Source: a virus
Taxonomy: Duplodnaviria; Caudoviricetes
Length of the DNA: 60,171 nt
Virus record (IMG/VR): IMGVR_UViG_3300042887_002054
Coordinates: 1 to 60,171 of that record
Direction: 5' to 3' (one strand)
This document shows, in pieces, positions 1 through 9,683 of the stretch (position 1 is the stretch's first letter; each line of letters opens with the position of its first letter). The notes below the pieces were generated by a model that saw only the letters and a program-made list of their open reading frames with translations, searched no databases and was not told the DNA's origin. The translations under genes were made by a program, and so were the position numbers.

Positions 1-1099
1 TTTTACGAGATGTTTGATCTAACATAGCACGTAACTGTTCTAATAATGCTATTTTTTCTGCTCTAGCGTCAGTTAATAAATCTTGTTGATTTAATGTTAC
101 CTCAGATCCAGGGATAGGAACAGTACTATATTTTCCTCTTACATATGCTAACATTTCTTTAACTAAACATAAAGTGTATTGACGAATCCATTGTCTACCA
201 ATTGAATTTATTTGTACATAAACTGGATTAGTATAAGGTACATTTGATACATTAGTAATTAAACTTCCTGTTGCTTGAGCATTATTTGAAGTTACAGGAT
301 TATTTCTTTCTTCTTGTATAATGTAATGAATAAACATTTTGTCATTATACCCTTCCGTAACTCCAGTTGGAATAGGAAATATTCTAACATGATTATTATG
401 AATATCAAATGAGAAAGCTGCTTTTCTAATTTGATCATTTAATTGAATTGCTTGTACTTTTTGTACATCAAAATATATAGGCATTAACAAGAAGTTAATA
501 CCAGGAGAAAATTGACCAAATCCAAATGTTTCAAGTAATGATTGGATACCAGTACCAGTACCAGCGTATGGATCAAAATAACGAACAATTGCTGGTGGTG
601 ATTCGTAAAATATTTTTTTAATTTCAATAGAACCTGTGATGCCTTGAGCTTTTAATTGTGCAGCAACATCATAATCTTGTACATGGTTTTTTAATGTAAA
701 TGAACCAGTATACCAAGTAGTATAACCACCTGCTCCTGCTTCAGAAGCATATGTTTCAGAAACACGAATTATACTACCAAGATTTGGTGTTATAACTTGA
801 TTATTTAAAGTATAACCAGCAGAACCAGTTGTACTACCTTCTAAATTAAGATAATTTTCACGAACTTTCCATTGGTAAACTTCATTACCGTATGTAGTAA
901 CTGCTTCTTCAAAAGCAGTAAAAAATGAACCTGATTGTAATTCAACTTCAACTAAAGGATAGCCTAAGCGCTGTGCACACCATTGTGCTACATTAACAGC
1001 ATCTGTTCTAAAGACACTGTCATTATCATAAAACTTAAATGGAGTTGAACTACCAGAAACATATGTTGAGGTACCGTTATAAATTGCTATATTTGACAT
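1..1099 (-). CDS. Neck/head-completion protein, T4 gp13-like (3' end runs off the window)
   Basis: Not in the ORF track. ATG at 1099 gives MSNIAIYNG...WCAQRLGYPLVEVELQ, which resembles the gp13 RLGxPxxxVEL motif. Lies downstream of the capsid genes and is preceded by the late motif at 1122-1130. Confidence 0.7.
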   Translation of the reverse strand, partial: MSNIAIYNGTSTYVSGSSTPFKFYDNDSVFRTDAVNVAQWCAQRLGYPLVEVELQSGSFFTAFEEAVTTYGNEVYQWKVRENYLNLEGSTTGSAGYTLNNQVITPNLGSIIRVSETYASEAGAGGYTTWYTGSFTLKNHVQDYDVAAQLKAQGITGSIEIKKIFYESPPAIVRYFDPYAGTGTGIQSLLETFGFGQFSPGINFLLMPIYFDVQKVQAIQLNDQIRKAAFSFDIHNNHVRIFPIPTGVTEGYNDKMFIHYIIQEERNNPVTSNNAQATGSLITNVSNVPYTNPVYVQINSIGRQWIRQYTLCLVKEMLAYVRGKYSTVPIPGSEVTLNQQDLLTDARAEKIALLEQLRAMLDQTSRK

Positions 1100-1132
1100 T
1101 ACTTAAGTAGTATTTAACACGTATAAATATAA

Positions 1133-1801
1133 CTATTTTCCGTATTCGTATTCAAGTATTTTGCCTACTAAATCAGAACGATGGTTTTCTTTCAATTTAA
1201 TCCACTTAATTTCCTCAATTTTTTTAGATAATTCAATAACGTAGCTTAAGCCGTTTATTTCGCCTGTAGATGATTTGATATCGGTTTGTTCATTATCACC
1301 GTTGATGACAATTTTACCATTTTTACCTAAGCGTGTCAATATGGCTAGCATTTCACCTTTAGTTAGGTTTTGTGCCTCCTCGACTATTAATATATCGTCA
1401 ATTGTTTTACCACGAATAAACTGAACGGGTAAGGCTTTAACTTTACCATCTTCAATCATTTTAGGTACTTCACTTTTGTCTGAGCAGCATTTAATTAGAT
1501 TTTCAACTAATGCCTCCATGTATGGATCAAATTTTTCACTTAAAGCGCCAGGTAAAAATCCTAAACTTCTACCCACCTCAATGGCGGCTCGTGTATTATA
1601 TATACACCCAATTTGTTTTTTTTTAAGGAAATCTAAGGCGGCTTGAGCACATACTAACGATTTACCACTACCTGCTCTACCCGTAACAATAACGATTTGA
1701 TTTTCTACTATTAACCTTTTTGCTTCTTTTTGCTCTTCATTTAATTGCAGAGCGTTTATAGACTTGATTTCACTTTTTCTCTCGCGATTAGGTTCTCTCA
1801 T
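1133..1801 (-). CDS. phoH: PhoH-like ATPase
   Basis: Walker A GRAGSGKS, GFLPG, RGKT, EEAQN, RLG and GDNEQTD motifs. Start moved to ATG 1801 because the longer ORF start overlaps a terminator. Confidence 0.92.
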   Translation of the reverse strand: MREPNRERKSEIKSINALQLNEEQKEAKRLIVENQIVIVTGRAGSGKSLVCAQAALDFLKKKQIGCIYNTRAAIEVGRSLGFLPGALSEKFDPYMEALVENLIKCCSDKSEVPKMIEDGKVKALPVQFIRGKTIDDILIVEEAQNLTKGEMLAILTRLGKNGKIVINGDNEQTDIKSSTGEINGLSYVIELSKKIEEIKWIKLKENHRSDLVGKILEYEYGK

Positions 1802-1829
1802 GTATAACGATTTGGTTACGTATACATAT

Positions 1830-1862
1830 AAAAAAAGAGACCCAAGCTTGCGCTTGAGTCTC
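1830..1862 (-). terminator. Rho-independent terminator after the major capsid gene
   Basis: Minus strand reads GAGACTCAAGC-GCAA-GCTTGGGTCTC-TTTTTTT (11-bp stem, GNRA loop, U-tract). Confidence 0.9.
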
Positions 1863-1897
1863 AATTTATAGCCTTACGGGGCTAATGTATATTAGGG

Positions 1898-3481
1898 TTA
1901 GATAGTATCTAAACCAGCTACATAGATCTTACCATAGTAATCAGGACGGATCATTTTCTTCGCGTAACGAGTCATAAGACCTTTACGTGGAGTAAATGTA
2001 TTCGGATCGTATAACAATGGAGTCATGATCAATGGAACATATGGAGCAAATACAGCACCACACTCTAAGAATTGAGCACCTTTGTAACCCATTAAGATTA
2101 CGTTCTCAGTCATGTAAGGATTTTTGTAAACCTTATAACGACTGTTTAAAGAACCAACCTTTTGGATACCAAAATTAAATTCCATTTTCTCGCCATCACC
2201 ATCAGAAGCAAATCCTGGGATTGATTCGATGATTGTAGCAACTGTAGGAGAAGTAACTAAGAAATTAGCACCACCTCTTAAAGTTAACTGATGGATAATG
2301 TTAGAAACTTTTTGTAATTTAGTACCTAAAGTTTGGAACCAACCACCTTGTGTGTTGTAGTATCCTAAGTTATTGTTAGCTACACCAGCAGCATTCAAAG
2401 ACTGATTGTTAACTGCAGACCATCTTTCAGTTGTGAAAGCATTTTCAATTAACATATCTAAGATCTCTAAATCAATCTCCATAGAGATGTATTGAGATAA
2501 GATACCAGTTAATTCAGCTTCAGCATCTACTGAATGGTAAGCATTTAAGTCTTGAGCAAATTCTGGAGTCCATTGTGCTTTCAACTTACGAGTTTTAGCA
2601 ACAATTGCTTCAGATTTCAATTGAACATTGATTTCTGGAATAGAAATTGATGTAGCACCGTTTGTTTTAGAAGAACCATCTTCAAAATCACCACGAGTTT
2701 CTGTAGTTGGAGCTACTGAGTAGAACAATAATACGTTAGCTGGTTGGAAGTTAGCTGGAACAACTGAACCAGTAACGATGAACGAAGCAGTGTTATTATT
2801 TACTGTAGTGAATTGTTGGATCATATCTGTAGCAGCAACAGAACCTGTAGAGAATACAAATGATCTAACAGAGTTTTGATCAGCATTAGTTGGCAATGGA
2901 ACTAATACTTTCTTGTAAGAACCAGTTACTACGAAATCTGAGTTAAAGTTAACGTCAGCAAAAGTTACTGATGCAGTTACTGCAGAAATAGAAGCTGAGT
3001 ATTGGTTAAATGAATAACCAAAACGACCAGCACCATATAATGATTGAGAAGCAATGTTAGTTGTGTTATCAACTGTGCTTGCACCATATAATGAATCACC
3101 AGCAGCAAATGGAGACTTAGAAGTACCATATTTGAAATCAAGATAGAATACAAGACCTGAAGGTAAGTTCATTGGTTGTACGCTAACGAATTCTTTAGCA
3201 GCGATTTCACCGAATACACGGCGAACTAATGGTAATGCAACACCATTCCAGCTTTCGCCAGAATATGCACCTGCACCAGAAGCTTGACCACCTGTTTGAG
3301 ATGCTTCTGTAACTAATTGCTTAGCTTGGTTTTCCAATAGCATAGCCATTGTGTTTTTGTCTGTAGTGTTCTTGATACCTTCTAAAAGGCCAGATTTTTC
3401 CCACTTAGCAGACAATTTCTTTGAATCTTCCATTACACTCTTGTATTGGTTTGATGATTCTAATAATTGTTGTACGTTCAT
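1898..3481 (-). CDS. Major capsid protein, T4 gp23 family
   Basis: LLENQ, PLVRR, VQPMxxPSGLVFYL, AKTRKLKAQWTPEFAQDL, YAPYVPL-like and GLMTRY motifs. Probable maturation site LVTE. Confidence 0.97.
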   Translation of the reverse strand: MNVQQLLESSNQYKSVMEDSKKLSAKWEKSGLLEGIKNTTDKNTMAMLLENQAKQLVTEASQTGGQASGAGAYSGESWNGVALPLVRRVFGEIAAKEFVSVQPMNLPSGLVFYLDFKYGTSKSPFAAGDSLYGASTVDNTTNIASQSLYGAGRFGYSFNQYSASISAVTASVTFADVNFNSDFVVTGSYKKVLVPLPTNADQNSVRSFVFSTGSVAATDMIQQFTTVNNNTASFIVTGSVVPANFQPANVLLFYSVAPTTETRGDFEDGSSKTNGATSISIPEINVQLKSEAIVAKTRKLKAQWTPEFAQDLNAYHSVDAEAELTGILSQYISMEIDLEILDMLIENAFTTERWSAVNNQSLNAAGVANNNLGYYNTQGGWFQTLGTKLQKVSNIIHQLTLRGGANFLVTSPTVATIIESIPGFASDGDGEKMEFNFGIQKVGSLNSRYKVYKNPYMTENVILMGYKGAQFLECGAVFAPYVPLIMTPLLYDPNTFTPRKGLMTRYAKKMIRPDYYGKIYVAGLDTI

Positions 3482-3513
3482 TTTAAACGAGTTTTGTTTT
3501 TAAATTAATAATC

Positions 3514-4746
3514 TTATTTGATAATGTTTGCAAGTTTTTGCATACGAGCAATTACATCATTTGATTCAACGATAGTTGATTTTGGAGCAACACCAGCAGC
3601 TTTAGAAGCAAATCCTAAAGATTCTTTAATAGATGACTTCTTAGAAGCACCTAAAGTAGAACTTTGAATAGATTCAAATAATTCTTTAGCTTGTTTTGGT
3701 GTAGTCGCTTTGTCGAATGAAGCAATTACTTTTAATTTTTGAGATTCAGATAAATTCTTAGCTTTGAAGATTTTATTAACATAAAGCAACTTAGCATTTA
3801 ATAAGTTTTGCTCATGTAATTCAGCACGTAATGTTTCGATTGTTTCAATCGCTTCTTTCATTTCGTCTTTTTCTTTTTTAGCTTCTTCCATATCCATTCC
3901 TACTCCTTGTTTTGACATTGAAGTACGAACGTTTTGTAATTTTGAATACAATTCTGGATTCTTTTGTTTTAAAAGATCTTGAGCTTTCATAATAGCAGCG
4001 CCTGTTAATCCCATTCCTGCTACGCCAGCTAATGCTGTTAATACGTCAGCGATTGCAGATTCATTTAAAGATTCAGTTTCTTCAACTTCATCTAAAGCAT
4101 CTAGTTCAGCTAATAATTCTTCTAAGTTTAAATCTTCATCTTCAGCTGGTTCTTCAGTACCCATTTCTAAGCCCATTTCTTCTTCACTATCTACCATTTC
4201 TGCTTCTTCGTCAGCTGGTGTTTCCATTTCTTCAGCTTCTAATTCAGATGAGATAATGTCTCTGATGATGTCTTTTAATGCGTCTACTGTTAAATCAGTG
4301 ATTTTGTCACCTTCTTCAGATTCTTCTTCAGACTCTTCGTCTTCAGTTTCTTCTTCTTCGGTTTCCTCTTCTTCGGTTTCAGCTTCTTCCATTTTTTCTT
4401 CGTCGTAAGCTTCTTCCATTTTTTCTTCTCTTTTTTCGTCTTTTTCAGCATCTAATTCAGCTAAAATTTCAGATAAATCGAAGTCTTCTTCTAATTCTTC
4501 TGTTTCTTCAAGTGCAGCGCCTGTAGCTCTGTACTTGTCTTGAATTTTGTCACTTGTTTCATCAGGATAAAATCCTTCTTTTACTTCCTCGTCATTCTCC
4601 ATTTCCTGCAATTTTGCAGAAATCATAGATTGTAATTGAGGACCAAGAGCTTCTTCAAGAGCAGCCTTTGCATTTACTAATGCAGCTTCGCGTACTTGTT
4701 TAGCGTCAGCAATAGCTTCCTTAAACAAATCTTTGTTTGTACTCAT
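3514..4746 (-). CDS. Prohead core/scaffold protein (gp22-like position)
   Basis: Very acidic coiled-coil protein between protease and capsid gene, with many LxE/IxE sites and a C-terminal RMQKLANIIK. Confidence 0.75.
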   Translation of the reverse strand: MSTNKDLFKEAIADAKQVREAALVNAKAALEEALGPQLQSMISAKLQEMENDEEVKEGFYPDETSDKIQDKYRATGAALEETEELEEDFDLSEILAELDAEKDEKREEKMEEAYDEEKMEEAETEEEETEEEETEDEESEEESEEGDKITDLTVDALKDIIRDIISSELEAEEMETPADEEAEMVDSEEEMGLEMGTEEPAEDEDLNLEELLAELDALDEVEETESLNESAIADVLTALAGVAGMGLTGAAIMKAQDLLKQKNPELYSKLQNVRTSMSKQGVGMDMEEAKKEKDEMKEAIETIETLRAELHEQNLLNAKLLYVNKIFKAKNLSESQKLKVIASFDKATTPKQAKELFESIQSSTLGASKKSSIKESLGFASKAAGVAPKSTIVESNDVIARMQKLANIIK

Positions 4747-4828
4747 TTTGTGTTTCTCCTTAAATTTAATTTTGGAAATAAGCTTATTGTAAAAAGCTTA
4801 ATAGAATTGTTTGTAATACCTGAGTTGC

Positions 4829-4861
4829 AAAAAAATGGGCAACCCATTCTAGGTTACCCAT
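4829..4861 (-). terminator. Terminator-like hairpin overlapping a late-promoter motif
   Basis: Minus strand ATGGGTAACC-TAGAATG-GGTTGCCCAT followed by a T-tract. The 5' arm overlaps ATATTTATG at 4859-4867. Confidence 0.75.
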
Positions 4862-4895
4862 AAATATATGTAGATACGTTAAAGCGCGATCCTTT

Positions 4896-5504
4896 CTAAC
4901 AAAGAGGACAAGCTCCTGTTGTAGTGCAGATGATTTCTGTAATTAAGCTATTAACTTTACTATAATCTGCGTTAAGTTGTGTTTGTTTACCTTCAGCCAA
5001 TGTCATATATGCATTAGGTGTAGATGGTACTGATACCAAATCCCAACATAATAATTCAAAATCGTCTTGTACTTCAACTGTTTCACCAATTTGTTTAACA
5101 GAACCCATACCACGAGATGATATACCTAATGGAATGCCTGCTAAAATAATTTCTTGAGCAATTTTACCTGATGGTGTATTCAATAATGTTAACATACCCA
5201 TTACATCATTACCTTCCCACCAAACCTTATTAATAACGTGTGATACGTTATTTAAGTTAACAATTGTAGATTCAGGATGATCTAATTCACCCATTGCTGT
5301 ATTTGATTTTACAGGACCATTTGCATAAATTTCTACTTGTTTTTTTAAAACTTCTGGTGGGTAAACACGGCCATTACCGTTTTTTACTCCTGATTCTTGC
5401 AATTTACCTGTAATACGCATTCTACCATCACCTGTGCTTTTAGCTTCAGATAATGTCATTTTAGCAATGTGGAACGGTGTATGATCTATTAATAATTGTT
5501 TCAT
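4896..5504 (-). CDS. Prohead maturation protease, T4 gp21 family
   Basis: NGNGRVYP, GELDHP, GISSRGMGS and WDLVSVPSTPNA motifs. Confidence 0.95.
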   Translation of the reverse strand: MKQLLIDHTPFHIAKMTLSEAKSTGDGRMRITGKLQESGVKNGNGRVYPPEVLKKQVEIYANGPVKSNTAMGELDHPESTIVNLNNVSHVINKVWWEGNDVMGMLTLLNTPSGKIAQEIILAGIPLGISSRGMGSVKQIGETVEVQDDFELLCWDLVSVPSTPNAYMTLAEGKQTQLNADYSKVNSLITEIICTTTGACPLC

Positions 5505-5512
5505 TTTATTAT

Positions 5513-7033
5513 TTAGTTAATTTTGATTAACTTTTCAATTTCAGATTTATAACCTTTTCCAAAAGATTTTAATAATGTAGTATTATTAGTTTCGTTATCT
5601 TTAACCATTCTATTAATTTCCTTAGTTACTTGTTGCAATTCAAAATCATTTTCAGCAGCTTTATCTACTTTAGCTTTGTACATTCTATAGTAATCAATTG
5701 CAAGTCTAGCATCTGCTATATCTTTAATATCTTGATCTACTGTTTTTTCAATTTTTACAGTATCAACTATATCTTTCTTTTGATTAAAATCTAATTGAGT
5801 TGAACCAAGTAAAGATCCAATAATAGCAGCTGTTATAAGTCCTTTTTTAAGATATGATACAAGTTTACCTTTATCAAATATACCTTCTTGTAATGTTTCT
5901 AAAATATCATCTACAATTTTTTGTTCATCAGGTGATAATCCTTCGTTTTTAGCATCTAAATTATCGCGTCCATCATACATTTCTTTCATCATTTCGCGAA
6001 CCATATTTTTTAATTTTTCCATTGAACCACCTAAGTCAACACCTGGTCTAAATTCTGGTTTTCCTGCTTCTAGGCCATCAATATCGATACCAGCGAAGAA
6101 CATTCCCTTATTATATATAGCTTTAACTTTACCTTGGTTTTCTTCGAATTTAACTATTTTAATTTTTTCACCATCGTATGTTGTTGCTTCATCACCTTTT
6201 TGAAATTCAACTCCATCAGCGTTTGTTGCTTTAATGATGTAATTTTTGCTATCTCTTACTATTTTATATTTTTCAGGATCAGCAGGTAAATCTTGAAAGC
6301 GCATTCTTTCTTCTACGTTTTCTTTAATCTTTTTTTTTTCTTCAACCTTAGGCATCTTAACTTTTTTCATACCTCTAGCTGTATCAACTGCAGTTTTTTC
6401 TGTGTAAAACTTCATTTGATGATCTTCTGGTTTTGAAGAATCCATTGTTTGCATTTCAAAATCTCTAATACCAGTTAACTTCATGTTAGTATAGTATTGA
6501 GGATTTTTCTTAATATTTTTATAAACCATATTACGAATAGTTTCATAAGATTCTTGAGGATAGAATAAATGTTCCATTTCAATTCCTGTTAATACTTCTT
6601 GAACGTTTTCGTCAGGTTGAGTTTTTGCTTTTTCTTGTTTTTGAGCTTCAGTAATTTCTTCTAATGGCTCATCTAACACGTCTGATTTAACAGCTGTTTC
6701 ACCAGCCATTTCATCTTCAAGTTGCTTTAACATAGCATCAAACTCAGTATCGCTATCATTTATAGGATCTGCTATATTAGGATCTGTGTCAGCATACATC
6801 ATTTTTTCTTTTTCGTCTCGTGATAATTTTGTAAAATCTTTATCAGCAGCTATTTCTTCATCTATTAATGATTCAGAAATAATGCCCTTATTTTTAAGAA
6901 TTTTAACAGCATCATCAAATGATGTTACATTAGTTATATAATGTGGCATAGTCATACGTAAATTTCTCATAAAATTACCTTGTGACATTTTACCTTCTGT
7001 TAAATTGATGTACTGTTGTTTTATACTTTTCAT
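5513..7033 (-). CDS. Putative internal head protein, multi-segment
   Basis: In the head module, with many L/I-x-E sites, an LKNMVRE motif and a hydrophobic segment near the C-terminus. Confidence 0.55.
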   Translation of the reverse strand: MKSIKQQYINLTEGKMSQGNFMRNLRMTMPHYITNVTSFDDAVKILKNKGIISESLIDEEIAADKDFTKLSRDEKEKMMYADTDPNIADPINDSDTEFDAMLKQLEDEMAGETAVKSDVLDEPLEEITEAQKQEKAKTQPDENVQEVLTGIEMEHLFYPQESYETIRNMVYKNIKKNPQYYTNMKLTGIRDFEMQTMDSSKPEDHQMKFYTEKTAVDTARGMKKVKMPKVEEKKKIKENVEERMRFQDLPADPEKYKIVRDSKNYIIKATNADGVEFQKGDEATTYDGEKIKIVKFEENQGKVKAIYNKGMFFAGIDIDGLEAGKPEFRPGVDLGGSMEKLKNMVREMMKEMYDGRDNLDAKNEGLSPDEQKIVDDILETLQEGIFDKGKLVSYLKKGLITAAIIGSLLGSTQLDFNQKKDIVDTVKIEKTVDQDIKDIADARLAIDYYRMYKAKVDKAAENDFELQQVTKEINRMVKDNETNNTTLLKSFGKGYKSEIEKLIKIN

Positions 7034-7043
7034 TGTCTATATT

Positions 7044-7172
7044 TTATCTTCCTTGCCCTTTGTAAGCTTTTGGCTTTGGAGTATGTTTGTTATAAGATTT
7101 TTTAGCTGATCCGTTTTTGCTTTTACCAAAAGAAACTTTATTAGGGTTTCCTGCTACTTTAGTCTTTGCCAT
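7044..7172 (-). CDS. Small basic protein (42 aa) ending YKGQGR
   Basis: Missed by the ORF track: MAKTKVAGNPNKVSFGKSKNGSAKKSYNKHTPKPKAYKGQGR. The ATG overlaps the upstream stop (TAATG). A Y(K/R)GQG C-terminus is typical of small basic proteins of T4-like phages. Confidence 0.75.
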   Translation of the reverse strand: MAKTKVAGNPNKVSFGKSKNGSAKKSYNKHTPKPKAYKGQGR

Positions 7173-8122
7173 TACTGCTTAAGATTATTTATTTTAGTGT
7201 TTAAATGATTTACCATTTCAGAGATTTGAGCAACAGCTTTTTCTGTTCTACCCCAATATTGCACACCATCACCTTCGCTTAATTCTTGTTTCATACGTTG
7301 AGTGTAATCAACAATACGATCAATTTCGTTTATTTTTCTTTTTACTTCACGCATTGCTTTATGCAATTGTTCAGCTTTAGTTCTATGTTTAACTTCTTTT
7401 TTAAATTGTTTATAAGTTGCCTCATTTAACAATTCTTCTTGAATTAATTTTTCTAAATTTTCTTTATACATTTTGTATGATGGTTTTTCAGCTGATTTCC
7501 AAATAGCTTTATAGTCTCTTACTTTGGAATCACTTGGCATTCCTTTAGGTGCTAGTTTCATTCCTTGAGACTTAGCAGTTTTAGTAGCAGCATTTGTTTT
7601 TTGACCTTTAGGAGAAAAAGCATTTGCTGATAAATAACCAGGTACACCAGCTGTAGTAGATTCTTCATCTAACAACTCACGTACTAATGTTTTAATATAT
7701 TCTTTTATATCCATATTTTTATTTTCTTTTACTCCTGCTATTGTTCTACCTTTATATTTGCTTTGCAAAAACCCAACCATTCTAGAATTCATATTAAAAT
7801 CAGATTCTAATGGTTTATCATCTGATTCTGATTCTATTGATTTAGACATAGCTTGCATAAATCCATTTTCAACTGTGTCATCTACAATAGCAGACATTTG
7901 ATCATCTATATCTAATTTATCTAACCAAGTGTTAGTTTTTTTAGCATCTGGTTTTGATATAGCCGCTTTTATAAAATCAAATGTTGTTTTAGCTGCATTA
8001 GCTCCAGGTATTAAACCTATTACTGTATCTAAAGCCACATTTCCTATTTGTTGTCCTTTTTGTTTAAGGGCAATAGATTTGATAATTTTTTTTAAATCAC
8101 CATATGTTTTTAATTCAGCCAC
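7172..8122 (-). CDS. Hypothetical protein, probable internal head protein
   Basis: GTG start, translationally coupled. Internal IKTLVRELLDE and LEKLIQEELLNE motifs, C-terminal coiled coil. Confidence 0.6.
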   Translation of the reverse strand: MAELKTYGDLKKIIKSIALKQKGQQIGNVALDTVIGLIPGANAAKTTFDFIKAAISKPDAKKTNTWLDKLDIDDQMSAIVDDTVENGFMQAMSKSIESESDDKPLESDFNMNSRMVGFLQSKYKGRTIAGVKENKNMDIKEYIKTLVRELLDEESTTAGVPGYLSANAFSPKGQKTNAATKTAKSQGMKLAPKGMPSDSKVRDYKAIWKSAEKPSYKMYKENLEKLIQEELLNEATYKQFKKEVKHRTKAEQLHKAMREVKRKINEIDRIVDYTQRMKQELSEGDGVQYWGRTEKAVAQISEMVNHLNTKINNLKQ

Positions 8123-8796
8123 TATTTATATCCTAAATTAGTTAATGATTTTTCAACAGCACTACGTATAGCAGATTTACTAATTTTACCAGGTTCAAGC
8201 CCTAATGTACCAAACCAATTTTCAAAAGCACCTGGAAATTCTTGGATATTATTAATCATTTTAGCTTTATTAGCCACAGTTGTTGCTTTTGTTTGAGCTG
8301 TTCCTAAATTTTTAACATCAGAAGGAATACTAGCTATTTCTTGTACTCTTTTTCTATCATTTGAATTTTGAGCTCTATCATACTTGTATGTACTTGTATT
8401 ATATTTTGATCTTTGTTTTTCTTGTTTTAAGTTAAACATTGCTATAAATCCTTTTGAGCCAGGTACACTTCCTACTTTACCTTCTATTTCATTAGATGAA
8501 TATTTTTTAACTAATTCTTCTGCTTCTGCTTCAGAATCAAAACCAACTACATTAATCCATTCTACACTATACCATACCATTAAAGCACCAGCTTCTTTAG
8601 TATCACCAACACTAATAGCTTTTCCTTTATCCGCTAAAGATTGATTTTGAAATTCAAGTCCTACTTTTTTACCTTGTTTTTTAAGGTCTGAATAGATATT
8701 TTTAGCTAGGCTACTTACTATAGAAACATCTAATTCATTTAATTCTGTTGTTTGGCTTTCAATAAGAATACCAGCTAATTGTTGTAATCTGTTCAT
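8122..8796 (-). CDS. Hypothetical protein with N-terminal RLQQLAGI tag
   Basis: MNRLQQLAGILIE start, coupled to neighbours. Confidence 0.6.
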   Translation of the reverse strand: MNRLQQLAGILIESQTTELNELDVSIVSSLAKNIYSDLKKQGKKVGLEFQNQSLADKGKAISVGDTKEAGALMVWYSVEWINVVGFDSEAEAEELVKKYSSNEIEGKVGSVPGSKGFIAMFNLKQEKQRSKYNTSTYKYDRAQNSNDRKRVQEIASIPSDVKNLGTAQTKATTVANKAKMINNIQEFPGAFENWFGTLGLEPGKISKSAIRSAVEKSLTNLGYK

Positions 8797-9650
8797 TATT
8801 TTATTGCTTTTAATTCTGCTATTAATTGATGATATTGCAAAAGAGAAATAATATTTTCATCTTTTACATTTTGATTTTTATCTAGTGGATTTAATAACGT
8901 GATAACTTCAGTCAATTTAATTTGAACTGTTCTATCAGCTACTAATGGTGTTAATTCAGTTAATGCTTTTTTAATTGTAGCATATTGTTCATTAACAAAC
9001 TCTCTTAATTTAACAGTATTAGTAACGTTATTAATATATTCTTTTAATACTGATTTTTGTGATTGAGATAATGTAGAATATTTTTCATTAAATTTCTCTA
9101 ATAACATTTTGTATGCTAAGATACGTGTGCCAGTGTCCATTTTACCGTACTCTTCTAACACGCGATCTTTTACTTCTTCAACATTAACTTCTTTACGAGT
9201 AATGTGTTCAAGTAATGTTACTTTATTATCTATAACTTGAGAAGGCTCAATGAATTCTAATGATCCATGAGCTTCGATTAAATTAGATACAGCAGCGTAT
9301 TGTGAATAGTTGCTGATTTTTGCTTTAAAGAATACTTCGATATCATAATGATTACGAATTTCTTTAATAATATTATATTTTTCCTTACGTAAAGCAGTTT
9401 TGTTTAAACGTGAAGAAATTTCAAGCACTGAATTAATTAATGATTCAGCTTTACCTTCGGTCAAAGCTTTACTTGTAATTAACGCTTGATATAACTTATG
9501 TTCTTTTGTCAACTCTGTTTTACCAAAAAACTTTTTAACAATACCGATAGCGGCAGAATCTTTACCAGACACAGTGTCTGATGCAATTTGACGCACTAAT
9601 AATTCGAATAAGATACCAGTATTTTTATATTTGCTGTGTTTAATTTTCAT
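8796..9650 (-). CDS. Head-module protein of unknown function (helical)
   Basis: 284-aa ORF directly after the portal, preceded by the late motif at 9671-9679. Confidence 0.65.
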   Translation of the reverse strand: MKIKHSKYKNTGILFELLVRQIASDTVSGKDSAAIGIVKKFFGKTELTKEHKLYQALITSKALTEGKAESLINSVLEISSRLNKTALRKEKYNIIKEIRNHYDIEVFFKAKISNYSQYAAVSNLIEAHGSLEFIEPSQVIDNKVTLLEHITRKEVNVEEVKDRVLEEYGKMDTGTRILAYKMLLEKFNEKYSTLSQSQKSVLKEYINNVTNTVKLREFVNEQYATIKKALTELTPLVADRTVQIKLTEVITLLNPLDKNQNVKDENIISLLQYHQLIAELKAIK

Positions 9651-9670
9651 AGTGTATAGTATGCACTAAC

Positions 9671-9679
9671 TATAAATAT
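9671..9679 (-). promoter_or_regulatory. Late-promoter motif ATATTTATA (representative copy)
   Basis: The same 9-mer recurs at gene boundaries: 1122, 13207, 14970, 17739, 20512, 25149, 29702, 33097, 41896, 48901, 52143, 55294, 56651, 57048, 57622, with variants at 4859, 11602 and about 1821. Confidence 0.8.
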
Positions 9680-9683
9680 GTAG

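Noticed and set aside
1869-1884. Small TAGCC/GGCTA hairpin after the capsid gene
   Set aside because: It is only 5-6 bp and adjacent to a clear terminator, so there is too little evidence for a separate element.
6330-6340. Long homopolymer runs (also near 1615) as programmed frameshift sites
   Set aside because: They encode Lys runs in uninterrupted frames, and such runs are expected at this AT content.
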